A DNA stretch of 51,492 nucleotides, taken from positions 1 to 51,492 of IMG/VR virus record IMGVR_UViG_3300032163_000020; one strand, given 5' to 3'. The translations under genes were made by a program, and so were the position numbers. Source of the stretch: a virus (taxonomy: Duplodnaviria > Caudoviricetes). How positions within the stretch are numbered: the stretch's first letter is position 1; every line of letters starts with the position of its first letter. This document shows positions 29,706-38,620 of the stretch, piece after piece. The notes under the pieces were generated by a model that searched no databases, was not told where the DNA came from, and worked only from the letters and a program-made list of their open reading frames with translations.

Positions 29706-31737
29706 TTGGCGTTCCTTTACCTTTCTGTTGCTGCTTGAGGTACATCTGTGCGATGTGAGCCTTACGATGGAACTCAAATAGGTTCTTGGAGTTGGGGCTC
29801 ATCTCAGCAGCATACACGGGGTTTATTGAGAAAGCCTCATGGATGCGGATGTGCTCCATATCGTCGTTTTCAGGTAAGACCTCAACCCCTTTTTCCTGGA
29901 ACATCGAGGCGTTTTCGTCTAAAGGTGACATTGCAACAGGTGCTTCGGGTTTAGGAAGTATTCTATCAATGTTACGAGTGCCAAGGGCCTTGTATAAGTC
30001 GTAGGTGGCGGCATAGTTTGCTTCTGCATTACCACTGGTGAGACTGTTTTGACGTACATCGGCAACTATTTGCTGAGCCTTCATAACTTCTTCCGCGCGG
30101 GATATGATTTTTGGGTCACTTACAGGGATTACGTCAGTTTCACCAACAAAGTCGCTCCTACCGATCTTCTCTTGCGCTCCCTGTGGGATGTTACGCTCAC
30201 CCAGAACTTTGAAGTATTCATCTTCATCGAAGAAGATACTGTTGAGGATGTATATTTTACGCAGTTCTTTGTGGAATGATCTGTGAATGCGGGCGTGAAT
30301 GGCGCTATAAACTTTACGACCTTCCTCAAGAAGAGCTAAAACCGTGCTTGCGGGAGTGTCTGAGGAGGGTAATTGCCCTGTCATTGTCTCACTAACCGAG
30401 GTGACGAGTTTTGCATACTCATACAGAAGGCCAAGGGTGCTGTATAAAGTGTTATTTGGGCCTTTAAAGTCAAACACAAAGAGTGCCTTACCTATATCGT
30501 CGAGGAAGGTTTCAACTTCTTTAAATATACCCTGTTCAAACACGAGGTCGCCTTTACTCAGACCAGAACGCTTGGCGATGAATCCACCTGCGAGGTTGGC
30601 GAGGCTACCTGCATCCACAACTTCGTTTAGGATGGTGTTCATTGCTTCGTTAAGACCCCTGAGTAATGTACCGAAGCCAAGGCCATAGATACCTTCAGGA
30701 TTAGGAAGGAAATAATAATGTGTGAAGTACTCAATCGACTGCTCTTTACCATTCGCATCGCTGAAGGAACGCTTTGTGATGCGTATAACTTCACGACGTT
30801 CAACATCAACAGTAATAACATAAGGTTCAGCAATGCCATCACCATTAAGGTCCCAGTCGCGGTGTTGCTCGGCAAATACTCTTGGAGTTCCTATTGTATC
30901 AAATCCTTCTTGAGTACCTTGGATGCTGTCTTTAGCGTTTTTGATGCTATTTGATGTAACATCGCTTAGTGTGCCGGCTTTGTAATCCCAGGCTTTCTGG
31001 AGAAAGATACCTTTAGCAACTCTCTTCCTTATATCATTAACGGTTAATGGGATAAGGTGTGTCTTACGAGGCGCGGTGTCGAAATCTTGGCAATGGTATG
31101 GCACAACGAGATCTTTAGCGCTGACATATTCACTCACGCATCGGCCTAACGTGAAAGAGTAATATGTCTTTCTAAACACACTTCCGATTAATGCAAGTTG
31201 TAAGAGCGTCTTATCCATACTCTCGCAGAACTCAGTCATTTTGTATAGCAACTGGTAGTTCATGTACTTTTGGACACGTTCGGCTTTCTCAACATCTTCA
31301 TCGCCTACAGCAATAGTGTGGACGACTTCACGAGCGGGGATAATTGATTCGTAAGCACGAGCGTGAAACTGGATTGCGGCAATCGTCAGGACGGGGAGGC
31401 ATACATTGGAACAGTTCTTCCAAGGGTATGTCTTGGTGTCCATGAAGTTACTGAATAACTTTATAATTTGAGCGACATTATCTTCCCAAGTTTGGCGCGA
31501 GGCGAGGTCGTTCACAAGGTCTTCGATGACAATGGAACCCATTTGCGCGAGGACTTCAGGACCGGTCATGAGATGTTGCTCGTTGTAGATGTCTTTGAAT
31601 GCTGGAACGGTAACGTTCTCAATGAGAGCAGCAACATTTACTACTTCATTCTTAGCGACTTGGATAGCAGTGTAGAGATGCTCCAGCTCGGCAGTAGTCT
31701 GTTGCTCCTGGGCCTGTAATTCTTCAGGTGATGCCAT
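29683..31737 (-). CDS. Portal protein
   Basis: 684 aa directly after the terminase. SRQTW, AAIQFHARAY, GSVFRK, YGLGFG and IPVSDP podovirus-portal motifs. Confidence 0.9.
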   Translation of the reverse strand: MASPEELQAQEQQTTAELEHLYTAIQVAKNEVVNVAALIENVTVPAFKDIYNEQHLMTGPEVLAQMGSIVIEDLVNDLASRQTWEDNVAQIIKLFSNFMDTKTYPWKNCSNVCLPVLTIAAIQFHARAYESIIPAREVVHTIAVGDEDVEKAERVQKYMNYQLLYKMTEFCESMDKTLLQLALIGSVFRKTYYSFTLGRCVSEYVSAKDLVVPYHCQDFDTAPRKTHLIPLTVNDIRKRVAKGIFLQKAWDYKAGTLSDVTSNSIKNAKDSIQGTQEGFDTIGTPRVFAEQHRDWDLNGDGIAEPYVITVDVERREVIRITKRSFSDANGKEQSIEYFTHYYFLPNPEGIYGLGFGTLLRGLNEAMNTILNEVVDAGSLANLAGGFIAKRSGLSKGDLVFEQGIFKEVETFLDDIGKALFVFDFKGPNNTLYSTLGLLYEYAKLVTSVSETMTGQLPSSDTPASTVLALLEEGRKVYSAIHARIHRSFHKELRKIYILNSIFFDEDEYFKVLGERNIPQGAQEKIGRSDFVGETDVIPVSDPKIISRAEEVMKAQQIVADVRQNSLTSGNAEANYAATYDLYKALGTRNIDRILPKPEAPVAMSPLDENASMFQEKGVEVLPENDDMEHIRIHEAFSINPVYAAEMSPNSKNLFEFHRKAHIAQMYLKQQQKGKGTPSANQRLA

Positions 31738-31865
31738 TATATCTCCTTACTTGCTATAAACGACATAGTATCAAGGTTATAAAACTTGAAGAAGCAACAC
31801 GACCATCCTTGCGCGATGTAATCGTTAAGGTGCTCTTCGCTGATATACATAGTGATTACAGTCAT
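31737..31865 (-). CDS. Small hypothetical protein (42 aa)
   Basis: MTVITMYISEEHLNDYIAQGW... fills the terL-portal gap. Its stop overlaps the portal start. Confidence 0.45.
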   Translation of the reverse strand: MTVITMYISEEHLNDYIAQGWSCCFFKFYNLDTMSFIASKEI

Positions 31866-31866
31866 G

Positions 31867-33408
31867 TTAGTATCCTGTACTTTGACTACGCCCAACTTGA
31901 AGGCGCTGGCGTCTTACACTATCTGCAATGTTGTGCATTTGAGCTTCGTAGTGCTGAGGGTCGAGAAGAAGTAACCTGTAGAGATTCTCCATTGCATGGT
32001 CACTTTTGTCTACGGGTTTTTGCTTCATACCCCTCGATGCGGCGGTGCTCTTCTTATATGAATCCCAAACATAGTGGGTGATTTCATATCTGAAATTTTT
32101 GCAGTCACGGTTGATAAAGATGCGAGTGTTGCCACTGGTATCCTTGAGAGTCTCGCGGACGCGAAGAATGCCACGCGCTTTATCTTTTGAAGCGACGAGA
32201 GGGATAGGGTATAAACCTGCTTCGGCAAGATCGAATGCGAAACAAGAACCATTGGAAGGGTCACGGGTGTATGCAAGAGGGTCGATGATGATGAGGTTAG
32301 CTACCTTACCACGCTGGCGTTCCTGAATCATATTGACGAGATCGATAGCACTATCGGCAGAGGAGAAAATTTCATCAACCAAGAATAAAAGACCATCGCG
32401 CCTTACACAGAGAAACAGTATATTATGAGGAGTACGAGGATGAGGGTCTATGGCTATGTAGAGAGTGTAATCGTTCTTATTATCTCCCTTCCACCAATCG
32501 TCGAAGGAATCTATGAGATGAATGCGCTCGTTGTATTCTTTGTAGACAAGGCCACTGAGGAATAGGAGATGGCCAGTGGTACGAACCTCGCGCTCTTCGA
32601 CGCTAAACCGGCTTAAGAGACGCTTGGCGGCACTTGCATCAATCGCAGGGTTATCGAAGATGTTAGCGAAGAATACTTCAATTTCGGGATCGCCTTCAGA
32701 GTTGTGGATCTCAGTGATTTCATCACCAACCTTCTCAACGATGCGACTTGCTTTGCTGTACAACTCATCATTGATCCAAGGTGCAGTTTGGCCATAATTA
32801 GCTTCTTGAATAGGGGTGAGGGCGAAGACTTCCTCGCCATTGGTGTCGACGAGGCGCATGAGATTCTCATCCCGAATTTCTTGTGGGGGCTGCTCATCGT
32901 AAATAACACAATGACGCGAGGCACCTTGGAACTTTGAGACTTCGCTCTCATACATCATGAATTCGATGAAACCGCCGTGGCGATTTGTTACAGCACGCAC
33001 CCTACCCGAATCCTTCACAACATCAACGATGCTATCGGAAGGAATGAATTGTTGGATGTAGGGCCATATCACTTTAGAGAAGTTATTGGGATAATCAACG
33101 GTGCATAAACGGATGCGACGACTGGGATCGAGGCGGTGCGCTGGCATCGACGCAGCGATGGATTTAGGAGCTTTGCCAAGGAACTGGGCGCAAGCTTCCA
33201 TCACAGTGCCGTATGTCTTAGACGATCTATTACCACCAAGGATGACGCGAGTCTTAGCAGGGGAAGCGTGAGCATACTTTAAAATAGGCGCGGGGGCGTA
33301 GACGCTGAATTTAGATTCATCCTTCGCAGCCCAAGTCTCAGTCATTTCGAGGATTTCAAGAAGGTCGCTTTCGCTTGCGCTATCAATTACGGTGGAATAA
33401 GGATTCAT
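31867..33408 (-). CDS. terL: Terminase large subunit
   Basis: GGNRSSKT Walker A, VIYDE Walker B, LTP coupling motif, AIDPH and DHAM nuclease motifs. Confidence 0.95.
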   Translation of the reverse strand: MNPYSTVIDSASESDLLEILEMTETWAAKDESKFSVYAPAPILKYAHASPAKTRVILGGNRSSKTYGTVMEACAQFLGKAPKSIAASMPAHRLDPSRRIRLCTVDYPNNFSKVIWPYIQQFIPSDSIVDVVKDSGRVRAVTNRHGGFIEFMMYESEVSKFQGASRHCVIYDEQPPQEIRDENLMRLVDTNGEEVFALTPIQEANYGQTAPWINDELYSKASRIVEKVGDEITEIHNSEGDPEIEVFFANIFDNPAIDASAAKRLLSRFSVEEREVRTTGHLLFLSGLVYKEYNERIHLIDSFDDWWKGDNKNDYTLYIAIDPHPRTPHNILFLCVRRDGLLFLVDEIFSSADSAIDLVNMIQERQRGKVANLIIIDPLAYTRDPSNGSCFAFDLAEAGLYPIPLVASKDKARGILRVRETLKDTSGNTRIFINRDCKNFRYEITHYVWDSYKKSTAASRGMKQKPVDKSDHAMENLYRLLLLDPQHYEAQMHNIADSVRRQRLQVGRSQSTGY

Positions 33409-34044
33409 CTAATCACACCCCACAAATTTACGTGAGAGTTCTTCTACTGTATGTTCAACAGGTGAACACTCATCACCATCAATATCAGTGGATGTGGGAA
33501 GGGCTTCAAACTCGACAGAGATAGATTCCGCAGATTTAAATGCTTCCGCTTTGGTATCGGTTTCATTCTTCATCCGCTCGATACGTTCAGTAGCAAGGCG
33601 ACGTTTTTCTTCAAGAGTTAGGTCACTATAACCTTTCTCACTTCGGGCGGTTACGTCGAGTATACCCTTCTGGATTGTACCATATCCCGCACGGTCAAGG
33701 ATGCTTTCAGCTATCTTAATCTTATTCTTCTCACTGGTAGTGGAGTACATCGTGCGTTCAAGAACATCGAGAGCGAGAGGGGATAATTCCTGTAATGTCT
33801 TAGTCACATCCGCCACACCCTGATCACGCATTATCTGCAACCTATCAACTTCGAGTTTGAACAGTGGGGAGTTGATAATGATGGATAGGTAGCATTGAGA
33901 GATATGAAATTCTTCACACAATGAATTAGACGAGGCGCCAAGCACTACGCGCCGTGCTAACTCTTTATGGTAAGGCCGGACGCTCTTAATCCCATATCTC
34001 TCCACCGATGTGGAACACCCTTCTTGAGTTGCAGTTTTTCCCAT
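33409..34044 (-). CDS. Putative terminase small subunit
   Basis: Directly upstream of terL. N-terminal HTH-like segment and AESILDRAG motif. Start placed at ATG 34044, just after a promoter. Confidence 0.65.
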   Translation of the reverse strand: MGKTATQEGCSTSVERYGIKSVRPYHKELARRVVLGASSNSLCEEFHISQCYLSIIINSPLFKLEVDRLQIMRDQGVADVTKTLQELSPLALDVLERTMYSTTSEKNKIKIAESILDRAGYGTIQKGILDVTARSEKGYSDLTLEEKRRLATERIERMKNETDTKAEAFKSAESISVEFEALPTSTDIDGDECSPVEHTVEELSRKFVGCD

Positions 34045-34050
34045 ACACAT

Positions 34051-34080
34051 AGTATACCACGGTTCGCGCCTCGAAGTCAA
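34051..34080 (-). promoter_or_regulatory. Sigma70-type promoter for the packaging/structural operon
   Basis: TTGACT-18 nt-TATACT with TG extended -10. Confidence 0.7.
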
Positions 34081-34238
34081 CCTATTCCCGCAACTATTTT
34101 CGCTGTGCATAAGCATACAAGAGTAGTCATTATTAATAATAAAGTTGTAGATGAGCATACAACTTTGTACAAACTTAGACATGCGTTTTGCAGCCATATT
34201 TTCGAGGGGCCTGTATTATAGTATATAGCACCACACAT

Positions 34239-34252
34239 CCCCCCCCCCCCCC
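34239..34252. repeat. C14 homopolymer tract
   Basis: 14 consecutive C between the divergent promoters. Confidence 0.85.
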
Positions 34253-34316
34253 GGCTTCGTGGGTAGGGATAATAAGGATGTGATTGATTAGATGGGGCGG
34301 ACGGCGCAAATACCGC

Positions 34317-34346
34317 TTGACAAACACGTGTCGATTGTGTTAACAT
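34317..34346 (+). promoter_or_regulatory. Sigma70-type early promoter
   Basis: TTGACA-18 nt-TAACAT with TG extension, upstream of 34411. Confidence 0.6.
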
Positions 34347-34410
34347 TAGAGTATAAAACAAATCGGGAACAATAACAATTTACTAACAATTAAACCAAAG
34401 GAGAAAAGCA

Positions 34411-34812
34411 ATGGCAAGAGAGGAAATTAAAATACTTATTTGCAAGAGCAAGGCTGATAAAGATGCTGGCATCGGTAAAGAGTTTATCATTAATGCTGAC
34501 GTAGATGACTTTGGAGATATTATGGGTATTGACACAGTACGGAAAGACCAAAGGTATGGTTTCCGTGTGCGTATGCAAAAAGAGGAATGCAAAGATAGAA
34601 ATTGGGAAGATGGCGTAAAGTATCTTGATGGGTTGGTTGAAAAAGCCAAGGCTGTTAAGTGTGAATTTTCTTACACAGTACGGGATTGGGTGAAAGGTGC
34701 ATCGTCAACAATATCGGCGGATGATAAAGCCCTTCTGGCAATGTTTCGCGGGATGTCAAACGCACAGATTGCCGAATTGGTAGCCACACATAAGGCATTA
34801 AAGGTTGCCTAA
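34411..34812 (+). CDS. Early hypothetical protein (related to 40471..40845)
   Basis: 133 aa, AAGGAG RBS, with its own promoter and downstream hairpin. Confidence 0.75.
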   Translation: MAREEIKILICKSKADKDAGIGKEFIINADVDDFGDIMGIDTVRKDQRYGFRVRMQKEECKDRNWEDGVKYLDGLVEKAKAVKCEFSYTVRDWVKGASSTISADDKALLAMFRGMSNAQIAELVATHKALKVA

Positions 34813-34822
34813 CACACCATCA

Positions 34823-34876
34823 ACAACCACAGGAATTACGGTCGGCGCAAGCCGGCCTTTTCCTGTTTATGGTTGT
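34823..34876 (+). terminator. Intrinsic terminator-like extended hairpin
   Basis: GGTCGGC-GCAA-GCCGGCC-TTTT, extendable by CAGGAA/TTCCTG and ACAACCA/TGGTTGT. Confidence 0.65.
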
Positions 34877-35251
34877 ATTGGAAGGATGGGACGGTTTAAC
34901 CGTGCGCGGGCGGGAACCGTAGTGTGGTTATACCGCGGAACCGTGGCCGTGGCGCAACGTGAGGGCCGTGGCGGCGTTTCCGGCGTGCCGGTCGTACGTT
35001 TATATACCCTGATGTTAACGTGGCCGTTTCGGCCCGTATGTGTTATTATTGATAATGTGGTTAATGTGATATATTGATATATTGATGGCAGTAATTAGTG
35101 GTTGTCCTATTGTTATAATCAATTTTTTTTTAAACGAAACGTTAGGACAACATAACAACACCTAATCACACCCTCCACAGAAACAATAAAGCACATTAGT
35201 ACTACTAAGCACAGAAGTCGCATTAATCACAATGATAGCATATGCTTCATA

Positions 35252-35270
35252 AGTGACAAATTTTGTCACT
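35252..35270. promoter_or_regulatory. Operator-like perfect palindrome
   Basis: AGTGACAAA-T-TTTGTCACT upstream of the early gene cluster. Confidence 0.5.
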
Positions 35271-35515
35271 CGGCTGGCATAAATTGAATAGTAAAATGAC
35301 CGCTCACTTCATGAGCGGGGTGGAAGAAAAGGGGAACTACAATGATACAATGTTATGTGTTAGGCGGCATCAAAGTTTACTGTACTCCGCTGGAACTGTT
35401 GGAAAGGATGAATGGTGCGATTGTGAAGGTGAAGTGATGGAAATCTTAATCCAAGGTGGAGTGATACTCATTGTTATATGTATAGGATACTATATGTGCT
35501 TGATAGGAGGATAAG

Positions 35516-35767
35516 ATGAAACTTAAAATGAAAGTAGTTACAAGGAATGTGTGTAAGGTGTGTGGGTATCCGTCAATGTATCAGGGTGATAGCTGTGCGG
35601 CGTGTATGATATGGGCATTGCGTGTAGGGACGGAGCGATGGCCAGCCTCACGGAGTGTAAGGGTGAATGAACAGATTCGTGAATATCTATTGGACAACCT
35701 TGAGAGTACCAGTTATGTCGAATCATGCAAGATGCTGTATATGAAAGGAAGCGCGAACCTTGGATAA
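35516..35767 (+). CDS. Hypothetical Zn-binding protein
   Basis: CKVC...CAAC, GGAGG RBS. Confidence 0.6.
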   Translation: MKLKMKVVTRNVCKVCGYPSMYQGDSCAACMIWALRVGTERWPASRSVRVNEQIREYLLDNLESTSYVESCKMLYMKGSANLG

Positions 35768-36086
35768 GAATGAACTCCTAAAACTCCTCGATGACCCAGC
35801 GGTGATGAAGGCTATTGAGGCAAAACTTAATAAGGATGCGCGTAAAGCCACCAAGAAGGTTACGGTGCAGGATGTAACGTATTACCATAGGTGTAAGTTA
35901 TGCGGGTTTACCTGGGAATCGCAGAAACCTGCAAAATTCCTTGGCAAGGTGATTAATGACTTTAAAATGGAGCATGAGTCGTGTAAAAGTTGTAAGGTTA
36001 ATTTAATGACATTATCAAAGGAGATGCTGGTGGATAGAATGATTGAAAGAGCGAAAGCATATTTGTGTCATGGGAGGATGGGATGA
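35760..36086 (+). CDS. Hypothetical Zn-ribbon protein
   Basis: CKLC...CKSC, overlapping its neighbours. Confidence 0.6.
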   Translation: MDKNELLKLLDDPAVMKAIEAKLNKDARKATKKVTVQDVTYYHRCKLCGFTWESQKPAKFLGKVINDFKMEHESCKSCKVNLMTLSKEMLVDRMIERAKAYLCHGRMG

Positions 36087-36262
36087 CTATCATCATCATT
36101 CGTAACGCACAGGGAGATATTATCGAAGAGCGCAGATGGCGCGGTGGCTTTCGTAAAGCCATCACCGCCACAAAGGGAGAGCAGATGAACAGAAAGTTCG
36201 GCCGGGCGCCATTTAAGAACTGGAGGCTGTGCCTGTCTACAGAGTTTGGGAAGGTGAAGTAA
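36083..36262 (+). CDS. Small basic hypothetical protein
   Basis: Likely start MTIIII with ATGA overlap and GGAGG RBS. Confidence 0.5.
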   Translation: MTIIIIRNAQGDIIEERRWRGGFRKAITATKGEQMNRKFGRAPFKNWRLCLSTEFGKVK

Positions 36263-36362
36263 TGGTAGAGATATTCAATGATCTACTCGATCTAATACTT
36301 GCGTTTAGCATCATCGGACTTGTGCTGTTTATAAGGTATGTGATAATGAAGGAGACTCAATA

Positions 36363-36572
36363 ATGAGTGATATGACAATATGTAAGAGATGCGGTGGCGT
36401 GTGTACTCGCTTCGCCGACGCAAAAGGCGATGTTATATGGGAATGCAGTCAATGTGGGGATCAAGTAAAGTTTATAGTCGAAGATAACGTAATCAAATCC
36501 GCAAAGCATCTCCATGATAATGCGCCAGCAATGGTGGAGTTTCCCAGCGGCGACAGGGATTATTTAGATTAA
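36363..36572 (+). CDS. Zn-ribbon hypothetical protein
   Basis: CKRC...CSQC, AAGGAG RBS. Confidence 0.6.
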   Translation: MSDMTICKRCGGVCTRFADAKGDVIWECSQCGDQVKFIVEDNVIKSAKHLHDNAPAMVEFPSGDRDYLD

Positions 36573-36589
36573 CAATGAAAGGAGATATA

Positions 36590-36838
36590 ATGATACCACA
36601 ACTTTTACAAGATGGTTTAGACCGATATGTTAAACGTGGGATAGCTTGCGGAGATTTCCTTACCGCTGTATTAGAGAATAACCTTATGGAGGCTTTTGGC
36701 AGGGCAGATGATCTTAATAGAATAAACCTTTTTAATATCTGTAAGTATGTGTATAATGAAATGCCTGGAGCTTGTCACGGCAGTCCAGCAAAGGTAAGGG
36801 AATGGTTGAATAAGTTTAAAACAGAAGGAAGGAATTAA
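36590..36838 (+). CDS. Conserved phage hypothetical protein
   Basis: GL.RY...G...GDFL.AVL.N.L.EA..RAD..N...P..C.GS motif that I recognise from phage early regions. RBS favours MIPQ at 36590. Confidence 0.65.
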   Translation: MIPQLLQDGLDRYVKRGIACGDFLTAVLENNLMEAFGRADDLNRINLFNICKYVYNEMPGACHGSPAKVREWLNKFKTEGRN

Positions 36839-36985
36839 AACCTATGACTAAAGTAATCCATATCAATCACGAACATGTATGGGAGCAAGGGCAGTTACCA
36901 CACAGGCAGGCAACACTGACTTGCACCGTATGTGGGCTGTGGGTGTATGATAAGAAGGAAGAGAATAAAAAGGTGGTTATAACTA

Positions 36986-37171
36986 ATGGAGAATAGCGAG
37001 AAGAAACATGATTATGAATTTTGGCTTATACTGTATCTCTTTGTATCGAATATAGCTCTTATAGCCTTATTGATTTTTGTGGTTATGGAAGGTGGATTCA
37101 ATGCAGGGTGGGTAGCGCGGGACAACCATCCAAACCTAACCGAAGTTATTAAAGAAAGGAGTAAACAATGA
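36986..37171 (+). CDS. Small membrane protein
   Basis: One TM segment. Confidence 0.5.
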   Translation: MENSEKKHDYEFWLILYLFVSNIALIALLIFVVMEGGFNAGWVARDNHPNLTEVIKERSKQ

Positions 37172-37488
37172 AAACGTTCTCATTCATAGTTGATGGGGTG
37201 AAGTACAAGTGTATTGCAGATAAAGCAATTGGAGTTACAGTTTACAAAGGCGACAAGCCCTTTCGCTGTATATTAAACGCCGACTTACCTATTAATATGA
37301 AAGCTATGAAAAAGTTGTATGGTAAAGATTTGCACAATAAAGAGCAGCTTAAAGCTGGGTATTTAAAACTATGGAAAGAATGCTTCTCCACAAAAATTCC
37401 AAAAGAAGTTAGATACAGAAGTTTATCCGATACAGAGAGAGGTGCGTTTACAGTAAATTTAGCACCAATATGCCCTTTTGGAGGTTAA
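37168..37488 (+). CDS. Hypothetical protein
   Basis: 106 aa, AAGGAG RBS, ATGA overlap. Confidence 0.6.
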   Translation: MKTFSFIVDGVKYKCIADKAIGVTVYKGDKPFRCILNADLPINMKAMKKLYGKDLHNKEQLKAGYLKLWKECFSTKIPKEVRYRSLSDTERGAFTVNLAPICPFGG

Positions 37489-37489
37489 T

Positions 37490-37717
37490 ATGACCAAACG
37501 TGACTTTAAGTTCCTTGCCAACGCCATCGGTCGCGCCGATTACCTTGGCATCACTAACAAGATTACATTCGCCTGCGATCTCGCAGAGCGACTTAAAGGT
37601 GAAAACCCTCGTTTCAACAAATTCATCTTTATCGAAGAGGTGAAGCGATGCTGTAGCATGATTGACCTAAACCGATGGGCAAATTACCTTTGGAGTGATA
37701 TTCTGGCACACCGATGA
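37490..37717 (+). CDS. Hypothetical protein (MTKRDF...NPRF family)
   Basis: GGAGG RBS before MTKRDF. The LA..L...NPRF...F motif is common in phage early proteins. Confidence 0.6.
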   Translation: MTKRDFKFLANAIGRADYLGITNKITFACDLAERLKGENPRFNKFIFIEEVKRCCSMIDLNRWANYLWSDILAHR

Positions 37718-37745
37718 ACAAAGCGTAAGCTTCTAAAGGAGGAAT

Positions 37746-38243
37746 ATGACAAATAAGATGCTCAGAAACAATCAACCGCGCTTCCCTATGGTTAAAACTG
37801 GTAAATACACCCAAGGTTACCGCCTTGGTGTGATGGACTCCACCATCCTTGGGAAGCTCATTGAGAACGGGATTGTCCTTCACATATGCAATAATTTTCA
37901 GCAATCAGGGTATTGGGTATCACGCATCCGTGGCATTATCTACCACAGCGACCCTGAGCTTCTTAAAGTATGTAAAGGCGCAAAGAGAGATAATATAGCA
38001 GTACTATGGACTCTTGATAAATTCAACGAGCCCAAGCTCACCCAAGCGATGATGGACGAGGCATACAGACTTCAAAGTGTCACCACCAACGAACGTCTCG
38101 CGCCAGTAATTAATGACCTTGTGGCTAAGAGGTTGAGTAGGATTCTTGATAAACCCGTGGGAGAAACGGTGTTTGAAAGCGACTCTGCGATTAAGGACTA
38201 TATTATGGGAACGCTGAGCCAAGAGGAAGGAGAGAAAGGATGA
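37746..38243 (+). CDS. Hypothetical protein
   Basis: 165 aa, AGGAGG RBS. Confidence 0.6.
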   Translation: MTNKMLRNNQPRFPMVKTGKYTQGYRLGVMDSTILGKLIENGIVLHICNNFQQSGYWVSRIRGIIYHSDPELLKVCKGAKRDNIAVLWTLDKFNEPKLTQAMMDEAYRLQSVTTNERLAPVINDLVAKRLSRILDKPVGETVFESDSAIKDYIMGTLSQEEGEKG

Positions 38244-38620
38244 ATGACCGTAAAGAGCTTCACAAGTTTATCGTTGAGAAGTTTGGGGGATGTTGGCATG
38301 AAACAATAGGTTTAAGTCATGGTTGGTGCGATCCATCCTATGCTTATACATGTATTAAATGCGGGTTAAACACTTATGATAAGACTTTAAAGAAAAACCT
38401 TGACCTCGACACTCCTAATGGCTTCATGTGGGTGTGGGGGAAGATGAGGGAGGATGACAACAGATGGTTTCATTTTATAGTTTTCGTTGCACATAAAAGT
38501 CCTCACTATGAAGAAGGGATATCTGATTATTATAATGGGCTTGCGGATTTGGTTGATTTAATCGACACCCCCTCCCGATTCATAGACGCGGCGGAGGAAT
38601 TTTTGAAGGAAGAGAAGTGA
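38240..38620 (+). CDS. Hypothetical protein
   Basis: 126 aa, CWHE...CIKC, coupled overlaps. Confidence 0.6.
   Translation: MNDRKELHKFIVEKFGGCWHETIGLSHGWCDPSYAYTCIKCGLNTYDKTLKKNLDLDTPNGFMWVWGKMREDDNRWFHFIVFVAHKSPHYEEGISDYYNGLADLVDLIDTPSRFIDAAEEFLKEEK

Noticed and set aside
34045-34197. N-terminal extension of the 262-aa terS ORF
   Set aside because: It runs through a good promoter and has no RBS. ATG 34044 is the more plausible start.
34805-35077. 90-aa ORF over the GC-rich repeat region
   Set aside because: TTG start, spans a terminator-like hairpin and repeats, and has no protein-like features.
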